The notes below the pieces were generated by a model that worked only from the letters and a program-made list of their open reading frames with translations, made no database searches and was not told the DNA's origin. Of a stretch of DNA of 64,000 nt, positions 29,120-40,300 are shown one piece after another. The first letter of the stretch is position 1; every line of letters begins with the position of its first letter. Made by a program: the position numbers and the translations under genes. Source of the stretch: a virus (taxonomy: Duplodnaviria; Heunggongvirae; Uroviricota; Caudoviricetes); IMG/VR virus record IMGVR_UViG_3300021255_003103, positions 44,954-108,953 of that record; one strand, written 5' to 3'.

Positions 29120-29620
29120 ATGTTTACTAAAATGGCTGAAAATTTTAGAAATAAACAATGGTTTAAGAATTTGTCGCAAGATCGTAAAGATGAGATCTGT
29201 AAGAAGTTCGATATTGATGAAAAGACTCTAAAGAAAGCTGGACGTCAAACTGATGATGGGAGAATTGTAATTGATATTCTTCGCATAGATAATATATTAT
29301 ATACTCCAGAAATTTGGGATATATGTTTTAAAAACCTAAATATTATTTTACCTAATGATTATATGAATGCATCAGATGTTTTTAAAATGATATCTAATAT
29401 GGAATATATATATTCATTCATGAATAGAGACGCACATTATGCAATATATAAATCAAATCTTCATAATGATTTACTTACTAAACAAGCACATATAAATTTC
29501 ATGTATTGGTATAATGAAAAAAATAATACTTTTGATGAAGAATATAAAAAATTTTGTTGTTTTCAAATGTATACACATTGCAAATGTTTATTAGAATCAG
29601 ATTTAAATTTAATTAAATAA
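29120..29620 (+). CDS. Hypothetical protein (166 aa)
   Basis: ATG ORF immediately downstream of the tandem repeat. Confidence 0.45.
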   Translation: MFTKMAENFRNKQWFKNLSQDRKDEICKKFDIDEKTLKKAGRQTDDGRIVIDILRIDNILYTPEIWDICFKNLNIILPNDYMNASDVFKMISNMEYIYSFMNRDAHYAIYKSNLHNDLLTKQAHINFMYWYNEKNNTFDEEYKKFCCFQMYTHCKCLLESDLNLIK

Positions 29621-29801
29621 TTACAAAAGATATTAAGTCTTTTATGATTTATATATAATTAATTGATGTTACAAGAGTATAAACATGAAACTATAGATTA
29701 TTATACTTATAGATTAACATTTGGAAAATATTTAAAAAAAGAAATTAGTAAATTGAAAATTTAATTAATAATTAATAGTTTCTATAATTTAATTTAATAT
29801 T

Positions 29802-30020
29802 ATGGAAAATTTTGGAAAGATACAAGAACTAGTTCATGAATATGAAGATTTAGAGTCAACACTTAAACTGCTTGCAAATCAGTCAACTGATTTAGCAATT
29901 GCATTTAATAATTGTGATAGTGCAGGTTTAAATTATTGTAAGTGTTCAAAATATGTAAAAGCTTTATTAATAAAATCCATAAATATACGTTTAGAAGATA
30001 TTTGTAAACAATTTAATTAA
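29802..30020 (+). CDS. Hypothetical small protein (72 aa)
   Basis: ATG ORF. Confidence 0.35.
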   Translation: MENFGKIQELVHEYEDLESTLKLLANQSTDLAIAFNNCDSAGLNYCKCSKYVKALLIKSINIRLEDICKQFN

Positions 30021-30030
30021 TAAAATTATT

Positions 30031-30591
30031 ATGACTTGGTATACTATTTTATTTATAACGGTAATTGCTTTATTTATTGTTAAGTTAGGAATATCATTAT
30101 TTGTCGGTGATTTTGATATGGATGTTGATTTTGACGGTGATAGTGATTTTGATTCATCTAGTGCATTTTCATTTAAAGGTGTATTACATTTTTTGGTAGG
30201 ATTTAGTTCTTATTTATTTGCTCGTTCTCATTCTGAGACTATAAATATTGTTGATGGAAAAGCACAATTTAGTTTTGGAGATTTTACTTGGGCAATTGTT
30301 GTAGGATTAATAGTAATGTTTGGTTTGTTTTATGCATATAAATTAGCGCTAAAAGCAAATAATACAACAAAGAATCCTGAAGATTTTATTTTCAATAAGA
30401 ATTTAATTAATAATTTGAATGGTACAATCTATATTAATTTAGGAAATGGTTCATATTCAGTTCAAGTTAATACACCTGCTGGTACTACAAATGTAACTGC
30501 ATATTATTCAAGTGATGAGTTGGAACCAGGAACTAACGTTGAATTAGAGAAAGATGGAAATAATTTATATATAAAAGATATAGATAGATGA
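30031..30591 (+). CDS. NfeD-like membrane protein (N-terminal TM helices + C-terminal beta-barrel/OB-like domain), partner of the downstream flotillin
   Basis: Two N-terminal TM helices are followed by a central hydrophobic segment. A Gly/Val/Thr/Asn-rich C-terminal strand region (GTIYINLGNGSYSVQVN...GTNVELEKDGNNLYIKDI) is typical of short NfeD proteins encoded next to SPFH genes. Confidence 0.5.
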   Translation: MTWYTILFITVIALFIVKLGISLFVGDFDMDVDFDGDSDFDSSSAFSFKGVLHFLVGFSSYLFARSHSETINIVDGKAQFSFGDFTWAIVVGLIVMFGLFYAYKLALKANNTTKNPEDFIFNKNLINNLNGTIYINLGNGSYSVQVNTPAGTTNVTAYYSSDELEPGTNVELEKDGNNLYIKDIDR

Positions 30592-30761
30592 CTATAAAAG
30601 ATTTATTTTGGAGTAACCCAATAAGATATTCTGTTTTAGGAACGGGTGCTATTTTGACATTATTAATTGGTTCAAAAATTTTATATGATTATTCTTTATA
30701 TACAAATTTGAAAGATGTAAAAAAACAATTAGATAATATAAAATATGACACTGAGTGAATT
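30588..30761 (+). CDS. Small membrane protein (~57 aa, one TM), start overlapping the NfeD stop
   Basis: Hand translation gives MTIKDLFWSNPIRYSVLGTGAILTLLIGSKILYDY...; below the ORF-track cutoff. Confidence 0.3.
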
Positions 30762-30939
30762 AATTAAATTTTTATGGAATGGTGTTGATATTCCATTAAC
30801 TAAGGATGAAATACAGCATTCAGTAAATGTTGCAATATGGGCAGCTAAGAGAGATATAGTTGAAGATAAAGAGGTAAAACAATGTAATGATTTGTATAAT
30901 AAATCAAAATTAACATTAAATAACAACATTATTAATTAA
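30745..30939 (+). CDS. Hypothetical small protein (64 aa)
   Basis: ATG ORF between the NfeD-like and flotillin genes. Confidence 0.35.
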   Translation: MTLSELIKFLWNGVDIPLTKDEIQHSVNVAIWAAKRDIVEDKEVKQCNDLYNKSKLTLNNNIIN

Positions 30940-30956
30940 TTAAATTTTTAAACTAA

Positions 30957-33047
30957 ATGAACGAAACAATTTTAACTTTGTGTTTGATTGGTGGTGGTGT
31001 ACTTTTATTTGTACTAACACTTTGGGGAATTCTTTCTCGTTATCGTCGTTCTGCGCCTGATGAACTTTTGGTTGTATTTGGTAAGTCAGGTAAGATTCAG
31101 GTAACTGGAGAAGATGGTAAGCAACAGACTTTAGTTGTGCCTTCTAAGATTATTCAAGGTGGTGGTTCATTTGTATGGCCTATCATTCAAGACTTCAAAA
31201 AGATGTCAATGAAGCCTATTCAGATTAAGGCTACAGTTGATGGTATTGATTCACAAGCAATTCAATTGCACTTGCCAGTTGTATTGACAACCGCAATTTC
31301 TCGTGACAAGGAAATTCAACAGAATGCTGCAACTCGTTTCTTGAGTGCAACACCAGGTGAAATTCAATCACAAATTCAAGAGATTTTGATTGGTGAAACT
31401 CGTGCTATTATGGCAACAATGCTTATTGAGGAAATTAACGCTGACCGTGATAAGTTCTTGACAAAGGTTCGTAATAATCTTGAACAGGAGTTGACAAAGA
31501 TTGGTTATGATGTTACTAATATTAACATTTCAGAAATTACTGATGATGCCAACTATATTAAGAACATGGGTCAAAAGGCTACAACTCGTAAGCAAGCTGA
31601 AGCTGAGGCAGATATTGCTGAACAGAAGAAGCAAGGAAATGTAAAGATTGCTAATACAAAGAAGGAAGAAGAAATTGCTGTTGCTGCTGCTGAAAAGGAA
31701 AAACAAGTTACGGTTAGTCAAACTCGTCAAGAGCAAGAGGTTAATGTTGCTGCTATTGAAAGAGATAAGCAAATTCAATTGGCAGAAGCTGAAAAGGAGA
31801 GAGAATCTGGTATTGCTGAACAGGAAGCTGCTAAGGTAGCAAATATTGCTGAAGCTCAAGCAACAGCTGAATCTGCAAAGGCTACTGCTAAAGCAAAACA
31901 GATTGCAAATGTATCTGCAGCAGAGGCAGATGCTGAATCTAAGAAAGCTGAAGCTGATGCACGTAAGGTAGCTGCAGTTGCTGCTCGTAAAGCAGAGGCT
32001 GAATCTAATAAAGCTAAGTCTGAAGCTGAGCAAACAAAGGCAATTGCTACTGCACAAGCAGATGCTGAAGCAACTGAAAATGAACAGGAAGCTAAAAAGC
32101 AGACACGTATTGCTCAAGCAAATCAGTTAAAGGAAGCAGAAGTTATCAAGGCTACTCAAGAAAAGGAAGCTAAGGCTGCTGAGTATGAATCTAATAAGAG
32201 ACAACGTAAAGCTGAGCAAGATAAGAAGGCAGGTGTTGCTGAGCAAATGGCAAAGATTGAAGTTGCCCAAGCTCGCGCAAAAGCCGGACAAGCTGAAGCT
32301 GATTCTATTAAGGTTGCTGAAAGTGCTAAGGTTGAAGCAGAAATGGCAGTTGAAAAGACTCGTCAGGATCGTCAAATGGAAGTTAATAAGGCTGCTGCAA
32401 AAGCTGCAGAGGAAAAGTTAAATGCTACTGAAATTATTCCTGCGCAAAAGGCTAAGGAGAAGGCAGTTATTGAAGCCGAAGCAATCAAGCGTAAGGCTGA
32501 GCTTGAAGCTGAAGCAATTAAGGCTAAGATGCTTCGTGAGGCAGAAGCAGAAGCAGAAGCAACTCGTATTAAGTTGAATGCAGAAGCTGAAGGTACAAAG
32601 AATAAGTTGATGGCTGAAGCTGAAGGTAAGCGTGCATCTCTTATGGCTGAAGCTGAAGCTAAACAACAAATGGAACTTGCTCCTGCTATGGCTCTTGAAC
32701 GAATGGTTGCAGCTGTAGGTGGTAATCCTGATCTTGTTGTTCAGTACAAGATGGTTGATCAATATAAGGGTATTGCTGAGGCTCAGGCGAAAGTGCTCGA
32801 GCATATTAACATGGGAGAAGTAACGATCTATGGTGATACAAATACTGGAGCAGATTTTGCTAAGAGTTTCATTAAAAACTTTGCCCCTGCTGTGGATATG
32901 ATTAATGGTGGAGTTAAGGATCAATTCAAGAATCTTTTTGGATTGAGTAATAAAAAGGATGAACTTCCTGCACCTGAAGATCCTAAGCCAGACAATGGTT
33001 CAAAAAGGAATAAGAAAGATACAACATCTTTTGAAGAGGTAAAGTAA
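30957..33047 (+). CDS. Flotillin-like SPFH/band-7 protein (696 aa) with N-terminal TM, SPFH domain and long Ala/Glu-rich coiled-coil (EA-repeat) region
   Basis: N-terminal membrane anchor LTLCLIGGGVLLFVLTLWGIL; SPFH-like block; an extended AEAEAEA/KAEAE repetitive coiled coil as in bacterial flotillins (YqiK/FloT). GC and codon usage are higher than in neighbouring genes. Confidence 0.7.
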   Translation: MNETILTLCLIGGGVLLFVLTLWGILSRYRRSAPDELLVVFGKSGKIQVTGEDGKQQTLVVPSKIIQGGGSFVWPIIQDFKKMSMKPIQIKATVDGIDSQAIQLHLPVVLTTAISRDKEIQQNAATRFLSATPGEIQSQIQEILIGETRAIMATMLIEEINADRDKFLTKVRNNLEQELTKIGYDVTNINISEITDDANYIKNMGQKATTRKQAEAEADIAEQKKQGNVKIANTKKEEEIAVAAAEKEKQVTVSQTRQEQEVNVAAIERDKQIQLAEAEKERESGIAEQEAAKVANIAEAQATAESAKATAKAKQIANVSAAEADAESKKAEADARKVAAVAARKAEAESNKAKSEAEQTKAIATAQADAEATENEQEAKKQTRIAQANQLKEAEVIKATQEKEAKAAEYESNKRQRKAEQDKKAGVAEQMAKIEVAQARAKAGQAEADSIKVAESAKVEAEMAVEKTRQDRQMEVNKAAAKAAEEKLNATEIIPAQKAKEKAVIEAEAIKRKAELEAEAIKAKMLREAEAEAEATRIKLNAEAEGTKNKLMAEAEGKRASLMAEAEAKQQMELAPAMALERMVAAVGGNPDLVVQYKMVDQYKGIAEAQAKVLEHINMGEVTIYGDTNTGADFAKSFIKNFAPAVDMINGGVKDQFKNLFGLSNKKDELPAPEDPKPDNGSKRNKKDTTSFEEVK

Positions 33048-33068
33048 AATTTACTAACAATAATTAAG

Positions 33069-33106
33069 AGGTTACTGATTAGTTTCAGTAACCTTTTTTT
33101 ACGCTT
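33069..33106 (+). terminator. Intrinsic terminator (agaggttactga..tcagtaacct + TTTTTTT)
   Basis: 10-12-bp inverted repeat plus T7. Confidence 0.8.
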
Positions 33107-33162
33107 TATGCTTAGAAAACATTATTATTAATAAATAACTAAAAATACTGTAAAAGGCACTT

Positions 33163-34146
33163 ATGGAATTAAATGACGAATATATAATTAAATTATGTTT
33201 TCAAAAAAATTGTGGTCGATTAATTAGAAATTTTAGTTTTGATAAATTAGATAATAATGTTAAAGATTACATAATAAATAGATATAACGATTCATTATCA
33301 ATTGAAGAAACACTAAAAAGAATATATTATAAAATTGAATTTCATCCAAAATGTCCTATATGTGGAAAATTAGTATCTTGGGGTAAATGCGGAAATAATA
33401 AATTTTTTCATAATACATGCAGTTTAAAATGCGCTGGAAAATTAAGTTTGCAAACAATTAAAAAAAAATATGGTTATAGTAATCCAATGGATTTTCCAAA
33501 CGCAAAACAAAATTTAGAAAATACATGTTTAAAAAAATATGGAGTTAAACATGTATTACAAAATAAAGATATAAAGAAAAAACAAGAGCAAACATGTATT
33601 AAAAGATTTGGTACAAATAATATTTTTTCATCCGAAATTGGAAAACAAAAAATAAAAGAATCATTAATAAAACATTTTGGTGTAGATCATCAAATGAAAT
33701 CTCAAGAAATAAAAAATAAATTTAATTGGAAACAATCAGTAGAAAAACAAATTGAAACAAAAAGAAAAAATAATTCTTTTCATATTTCAAAACCAGAGGA
33801 AGAATCTTATATATTATTAAATAATAAATTTAATGATGTAAAAAGACAATACAAATCAAAAAGTTATCCTTATTGTTGTGATTTTTATATTCCAAGTTTA
33901 GACCTATATATTGAATGTAATTATCATTGGACACATGGCGGTCATCCATATAATGAAAACGACATTAATGATATAAATAAAGTAAAAGAATTAAAATCTA
34001 AAAATAAAAAATTTTATAATAATGTTATAATAACATGGACAGTAAGAGATGTTAATAAAAGAAACATAGCCAAAGAAAATAATTTAAATTATTTAGAATT
34101 TTGGAGCATTAATGAATTAAAAAAATGGATAAATATATATAAATAA
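33163..34146 (+). CDS. Zn-ribbon + repeat + Vsr/DUF559-like (PD-(D/E)XK) endonuclease-domain protein; paralog of the N-terminal part of 48997..50763(-)
   Basis: CPICGK...C..C zinc ribbon; tandem (K)KYG(V/Y)-containing ~27-aa repeats; C-terminal CDFYIPSLDLYIECNYHWTHGGHPYNEN ... NVIITWTVRDV fits the DUF559 pattern (DF...l.iE.dG..H ... w.v.R). About 330 aa are strongly similar to the other copy. Confidence 0.5.
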   Translation: MELNDEYIIKLCFQKNCGRLIRNFSFDKLDNNVKDYIINRYNDSLSIEETLKRIYYKIEFHPKCPICGKLVSWGKCGNNKFFHNTCSLKCAGKLSLQTIKKKYGYSNPMDFPNAKQNLENTCLKKYGVKHVLQNKDIKKKQEQTCIKRFGTNNIFSSEIGKQKIKESLIKHFGVDHQMKSQEIKNKFNWKQSVEKQIETKRKNNSFHISKPEEESYILLNNKFNDVKRQYKSKSYPYCCDFYIPSLDLYIECNYHWTHGGHPYNENDINDINKVKELKSKNKKFYNNVIITWTVRDVNKRNIAKENNLNYLEFWSINELKKWINIYK

Positions 34147-34149
34147 AAT

Positions 34150-34779
34150 ATGAAAAATTATGAAGGAAAATATGGAACTGAAGATCCTCAAGATAAAGAT
34201 TCATTAAATGATCTTTTTTTAAAAAGTGAAGCACCTGATTTAGATGATACAGATTCAACTTTAGAAACACCAATATTAGTTATTGATATGAATGAAGTTG
34301 ATGAAAGAACATTAGCAAGAGCAACTGATATAACTAATAAACTTGCAGCATATTATTTTGATCAAAAATATATTGATAATCATCCATATGTTACATCTAA
34401 AATAACACAAGAAATTGATAATATTAGACGATTATTAAAAATGTTATCAGTTAATGAAAAGGCTCAAGATACATTAATATCATCTATAACAATGAATTCT
34501 GGTCGCGGGACTCTCTATTCTTCTTTAACATCATTACAAAATTCAATGCTTCAAATGCAAGCACAATTAAATTCATTAACGACGAATCTTGAAAATATTT
34601 TTAAAGAAATGCAAGAAAATTGTGATAAGACATTTGCTGAAAAAGATAAAGAAGAATCAGAAGATGGATCCATGGTTGTTCGTGGTTCTCGTGACTTCAT
34701 TAAACAAATTGAAAATTCATTAAAAAATAATCAAAATAATAATATTGAAAACAATTCAAATGTTAACATAACTTATTAA
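34150..34779 (+). CDS. Hypothetical acidic/coiled-coil protein (209 aa)
   Basis: ATG ORF. Confidence 0.45.
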   Translation: MKNYEGKYGTEDPQDKDSLNDLFLKSEAPDLDDTDSTLETPILVIDMNEVDERTLARATDITNKLAAYYFDQKYIDNHPYVTSKITQEIDNIRRLLKMLSVNEKAQDTLISSITMNSGRGTLYSSLTSLQNSMLQMQAQLNSLTTNLENIFKEMQENCDKTFAEKDKEESEDGSMVVRGSRDFIKQIENSLKNNQNNNIENNSNVNITY

Positions 34780-34820
34780 AAAATTATTTTTATATATAAA
34801 GAAAGATATTTTTGTATATT

Positions 34821-37169
34821 ATGAATTTTATAGATAATGAAGTAACATTTAAAGATATACTTAATCCTGGACTTATATCTGGTGGTCCTAAAATTGCTAA
34901 AGGTAAATATATTAAAGATAGTAATGATAATATTACTATTAATATGCCTATTGTTAATGCAATTGATATAGATTGGTTGAAAGCAGAAGTTCCAGGAATA
35001 GATGCTCCAATAACTTCAACTGGGCAATTATTATTAATAATTGGTAAAATTAAAGGAATAGTAGGTAATATTGATAGTGCTGATGGTAAGTCATCAATTT
35101 TAGATAGAATTACAACTATTGAAAATTCTATTAAGAATTTACCTACAGGAGAAATACCAGATGATTTAGCTGAAACAATAACTAATTTAACTAGTGAAGT
35201 TTCTGCATTAAAAACTTCAAATACTGATATTTTAACACGTTTAACAACTGTTGAAAATAAAGTTAATAATCAGGGTGATGGTTCAATGCAGCAACAAATT
35301 ATTGATCAAGTTACTTATTTGACCAATAAAGTTGAAAATATTGATAATATTAAACATGTAATTATTGAAAAGGATAGATATGATTCAATGACATCATATG
35401 ATCCAAATACATTATATTTTATTATTGGCGAACCTGATTATATTATAGTTGAAGGTGGTGGTGGCGGAAATACTCCAATATCTACAAAAATTGATTTAGA
35501 CTCTATAACATCACAATTAACTGTTAATGGTCAATTACATAGAGAATCAAATGTTGTATTAGAACCTGGAAATACTTATATTATATCAGGTACATTAGCA
35601 GGAACATTAACTATTGATGCTACACAATATACAAGTACTCAAATGGATCTTATAGGTAACACAGAAATTATATTATCTGATGTTATAATAGTATCTGATG
35701 AAACAAATTATGGAATATTATATAAAACACCAGTTGAAAATAAAGGCTTTAAAGATTTAGTTGTAACAGTTAATAAGAATACTGTTAATATAATATGTTG
35801 TAGAAATGTACAACCAAAAGCTGATGATCAATGGGGAGCAATTCATTCAATGAATAATTTAACCGTTCGCGGAACTGGATATCTTTCAATTAGAAATGAT
35901 GGAGGCCATGGTATAAGATCTACTGAAATTGAATATGCTGGACCACATATGTATGCATCTGTAATACATGATGTTGTACATGCTAAAAAATTATTCTGGA
36001 ATTATGGATCATTATATACAGTAAAAGCAAATGATGTTTTAGGTACTAGTGAAACTGGACGTTTAATTGTATTAGGAGGTACATTTAATTCTTCCGGAAT
36101 TGAAGGACAATTGTTTGATTGTAAAACACAAGGATTTTATAATTCTAATACTTCAATAACTGGTTCAACCTCAATGAATGGTATGGTAGCTTTAAATGCA
36201 CAAAATTTTGCTTCTACAATGAATGTTAATTATCCTGGATATGTTTATAAATTTGCAAATAAAACTGATTATAGTGCTGCTGCAAATGGTGTACAAGTGC
36301 AATTAACTAATGGAGTATATAAAGTATCTGGAAATACTCATCCAATAATATCAATTAATGGTACTATTTCAAATCCTATAGAAATTAATACATCTGGTGG
36401 CGTTGATGCAACAGTTTATTTAAATAATGCATATTTAACAAATAATACAGATTATCCAACTATATATTATAATCCAACAGATAAAAGTGGAAAATTAAAG
36501 ATATTCTGTATGCAAGATAGTATAAATGTAATAGAAAATACATATAGTGAAACATCATTTAACACATCTAAAGATTATGAATGCGACGCAGTAAAATCAG
36601 AAAACAATATAAATATAGAAGTAAAAAATGGATCACACTTATATGTATCATCTAAATTTGCAGATGGTATTGATGGTGGTACAATGAAAATTACTGATTC
36701 AAAAGGTACATTAGTAGTAACACATTGTGGACAGCGTGGATTAAAAGGCAATGTTATTGTTATTGGACCAAACTGTGAAGTTACGGAAAGCCATATTACA
36801 GAATTTCATCAAGATGATACAGATACAGATAATTATACAACATTTGATGGAATATGTGTAGTAAAAGATAATGGAACATTAGGTGAACATGGTCCAGCAA
36901 TAAGTTCAAATCCAAAACATACAGGATTTGCTGATATGTATGCTAGAAATGGTAAAGCATCTAAAGGTGAATTTGCATTAAAAAATGCTGAACTTAATGG
37001 AATTGTTATAACAGGTACAGTTGGTGCAGTTGTTTCTATTGATATGGATAATGCATCAAATATGAATTTTAATAAAATTATAACACCAACAGTACAGCAA
37101 TCAAAAATTGTTACTGTGTCAAATGAAACAACAGTAGCATATAATATATATAAAGAAGCAATAGTATAA
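34821..37169 (+). CDS. Large virion structural protein (tail fibre/spike-like candidate, ~783 aa)
   Basis: ORF-track start 34812 is TTG; ATG is at 34821. Gly/Thr/Asn-rich and beta-rich; lies in a structural cluster. Confidence 0.45.
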   Translation: MNFIDNEVTFKDILNPGLISGGPKIAKGKYIKDSNDNITINMPIVNAIDIDWLKAEVPGIDAPITSTGQLLLIIGKIKGIVGNIDSADGKSSILDRITTIENSIKNLPTGEIPDDLAETITNLTSEVSALKTSNTDILTRLTTVENKVNNQGDGSMQQQIIDQVTYLTNKVENIDNIKHVIIEKDRYDSMTSYDPNTLYFIIGEPDYIIVEGGGGGNTPISTKIDLDSITSQLTVNGQLHRESNVVLEPGNTYIISGTLAGTLTIDATQYTSTQMDLIGNTEIILSDVIIVSDETNYGILYKTPVENKGFKDLVVTVNKNTVNIICCRNVQPKADDQWGAIHSMNNLTVRGTGYLSIRNDGGHGIRSTEIEYAGPHMYASVIHDVVHAKKLFWNYGSLYTVKANDVLGTSETGRLIVLGGTFNSSGIEGQLFDCKTQGFYNSNTSITGSTSMNGMVALNAQNFASTMNVNYPGYVYKFANKTDYSAAANGVQVQLTNGVYKVSGNTHPIISINGTISNPIEINTSGGVDATVYLNNAYLTNNTDYPTIYYNPTDKSGKLKIFCMQDSINVIENTYSETSFNTSKDYECDAVKSENNINIEVKNGSHLYVSSKFADGIDGGTMKITDSKGTLVVTHCGQRGLKGNVIVIGPNCEVTESHITEFHQDDTDTDNYTTFDGICVVKDNGTLGEHGPAISSNPKHTGFADMYARNGKASKGEFALKNAELNGIVITGTVGAVVSIDMDNASNMNFNKIITPTVQQSKIVTVSNETTVAYNIYKEAIV

Positions 37170-37170
37170 T

Positions 37171-37374
37171 ATGATATCATATAATAATATAAAGAATACA
37201 AAGTATAATTTGAATCGCGTCATGATTGGTAAAAATAGTATTGGCGCGATTTATAAAAATGGTATTCAAATATGGCCAATAGCACATAAAGCTGCTATGA
37301 TACTATCATGTTATTACAATGGATATTGGATTGATGAATATCCTTGGACAGATGAAACTGCTTGGAAAGATTAA
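37171..37374 (+). CDS. Hypothetical small protein (67 aa)
   Basis: ATG ORF between two large structural genes. Confidence 0.35.
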   Translation: MISYNNIKNTKYNLNRVMIGKNSIGAIYKNGIQIWPIAHKAAMILSCYYNGYWIDEYPWTDETAWKD

Positions 37375-37397
37375 CAAAATAATAAAATATTTAATAT

Positions 37398-40300
37398 ATG
37401 GCTCTTTTTGATGAAAGAATTAATGAATATGTTAGCTGGAAAGATGGTAAGCATTATTTTTCAGGAAAAAATGTAACTGATAATATGCAGCCTTCGGGAA
37501 GGGTTATTCGTGAATTATTACAAGAAAGATTAAGAAATCCAATTTTTATACCAACAAAAGAATCTGTTGGTACATCTACATTTATTGATGATGGATATTG
37601 GAGAATATTCTCAAGTAAAGATGCATATGATTTATGGCTTACTGATAGAGTTGCATATGCAGAATTAGAATTAGCAAAATTCCCAAAGCAATCAGAATAT
37701 GAATTCCAATTAACTGGATTTGAAAATAATGCAAGATATGTTATTGAGGGTAGTGGGAATCAAGCAAATGCTGAATTAAACTATACTTGGGATATATTTA
37801 AAGGGCAAAATCCAGTAAATGATAGTATTATAGTTACATATACAATTACAAATACAAATACTAGAAAGACACAATCTTTTACAAACATGTTTACAAATGC
37901 ACAAAAGAATGTGTCAATTAATCTTTATGAATATTTAGGAGAAGGTCAAAATGTTGTAAATATTAATTTGCAAGGTATTAATACATCTGTTTCTGCTGGG
38001 CAAACAATATTTATTACAATGTTACAATTTAAAATTGAAGCAGAATGGAATTATTCTGCATATCATAAACAAGGTGATCCTTTAATGATTCTAAATTATC
38101 GTGTTTTAAGAAACGATACAAATGCTGAAGTAACAGTTTTTGGAACTATTGATAATAATGATACTGTTATTACTGATACATTTGGAAAGGGTTTTTCTGA
38201 TATTCAAAAAACAAATATAGCAATACCAAATAATAACAGATGGGTATCATCAAGTGATGGAAACCCAGTTAAGCACAATTTACAAATGTGGGCTCAGACA
38301 TCATATAATGGTACATTATTTACATCAAATATACTTTATTATGAATTTGAGTTTGCATCAGAAGAATCATTAATTAATCACTTTATTAATTTATCGACAT
38401 CAATTTCATCTGAAGATAAATCATCAATACCTGTTATTAATCCAACATTAATAGCAACTCAATATATTTCAACTAAAATATCTTATGGATATTACACTGA
38501 TAGTGCTTCCCTTGATGCTTCAATTTCAGTGAATTGGAAATTAATTAAAGAAAATTCTACAGATGAACAAATAATTGGAACTTACGATATTTCAAAAAAT
38601 ACAACAAGTGTTTTAGAATTTATACCAATTATAGCAACAGAAGCTAAAAAATCAGTATATTTAGTTGCCACTTATGGAAGTGGAGTAGATGAAGAAGAAC
38701 TTTTGAAAATATTAATATCAATTACACCTAATACTGGTTTTATGGAGCAAAGCGGTTATGTATTAAAGTTAAATGCATACGGTAAGCAAAATAATGATAA
38801 TGTAGAACAGACATGGGAATATGGGTCAAGTTCAAATAAAATAATTACAAGATTTGAAGGTATAGATTGGACTGATAATAAAGGATGGTATAATAATTCA
38901 TTTAGAACATTTGGAACAGATTCCTATGCAGAAATTCAATATGCACCATTAGTAGATATATCACAAGGTAAAACTATTGAAATTGATTTTGAATCAGAAA
39001 AGGTTAGTAATCTTAATGATGTATTAATATTAATTGGTAATAAAAATGGTGCTAGAATTGAAATTACACCAAATAGTGCTACACTATATAATGCAGCTAA
39101 TGTAAATGTCATTGAAACAAACTTTAAAGCAAATGAACGTCTTCATTTATGTTTTATCTTTAATAAAACAGAAACTAATTCAGATAAGAGTGATTTGATT
39201 TTTATAACAAACAATGGTATTCTTGAACGTGCTGTTTCTGGATTAGGTTCAACATTTACATCAAATGGTAATATTAAAATTGGTGGAAGTAGATCTGGTG
39301 TAAGGGTGTATAGTATAAGAGTATATGATTTTGCATTATCTTATACAAATGCATATAATAACTATTTATTTGATTCAGAAGATAAAATTGCAATTAAAAC
39401 AAAAAATGCAGTAATTAATGAATCAACAAATATTATAGACTATGATTTATGTCGTAACAAGATTGATACAATTTTAATTAAAGGTGATTTAAGTAATTTA
39501 TTAAAAGCAACAACAGATAAAGACCAATCTACAACAGATGTTGAAATATTACGTGTATGTCCTTATGATTCAAACTATAACTTTACATGCACTGGTGGTA
39601 TGATTAGAAAACACGGTCAGTCAACATTGAACTATCCTGTTCCTTCAATGAAAATTTGGTTTAATAAGTCAAAATCTGGAGCAACTCCAGTATTTCAATG
39701 TTCTGGCCAAGAAAGCGAAGGATATGCAAAGAATAGATATAGAATGAAAGCAAATTCTATACCTTCAAATAAATTTGTATTACAAGCAAACTACTCAGAT
39801 TCATCTGGTGTTCATAATGGATCATTACAAAGATTAATTAATGAGACATGGTATAATGCAAAGATTAATGGTGAATACAAATTAAGAACAATACCTCAGT
39901 TATTTACATCTAATCAAAAAATTACTAGAAATAATTCTAATCTTTATGATCAATTAGATACAAATAGCAATCTTACTTTAGGAACAAATACTGACGGAAA
40001 ACAATGGAAAGATTATACAAATAATCAATTCCCATATATTTATAGTGATTCTAATAACAAAATGCATAATGGATTACAAATTGGCCCAGATTCGTTCCCT
40101 TGCGTAGTTTTCTATGAAGATACATCATCAAGTGGTAACACAACATTCTTAGGATTATATGTATTCATGGAAGATAAAAAGGCAGATTTCATATATGGAG
40201 AAAGATCTATTTATTATTACGATAATGGTTCTGGACATACATTAGCTGATGATCCATTTGTCTTAAAAACAGAAAACACCAAAAAAGGTAAATATGCAAT

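Noticed and set aside
31530-32924. Several long ORFs on the minus strand and in alternative plus frames inside the flotillin gene (31530..32117-, 32127..32375-, 32418..32924-, 31648..31839+, 32185..32421+)
   Set aside because: They are artefacts of the GCT/GAA/GCA-rich coiled-coil repeat region. Their low-complexity S/L/C/F-rich translations overlap an ORF that has clear SPFH/flotillin architecture.
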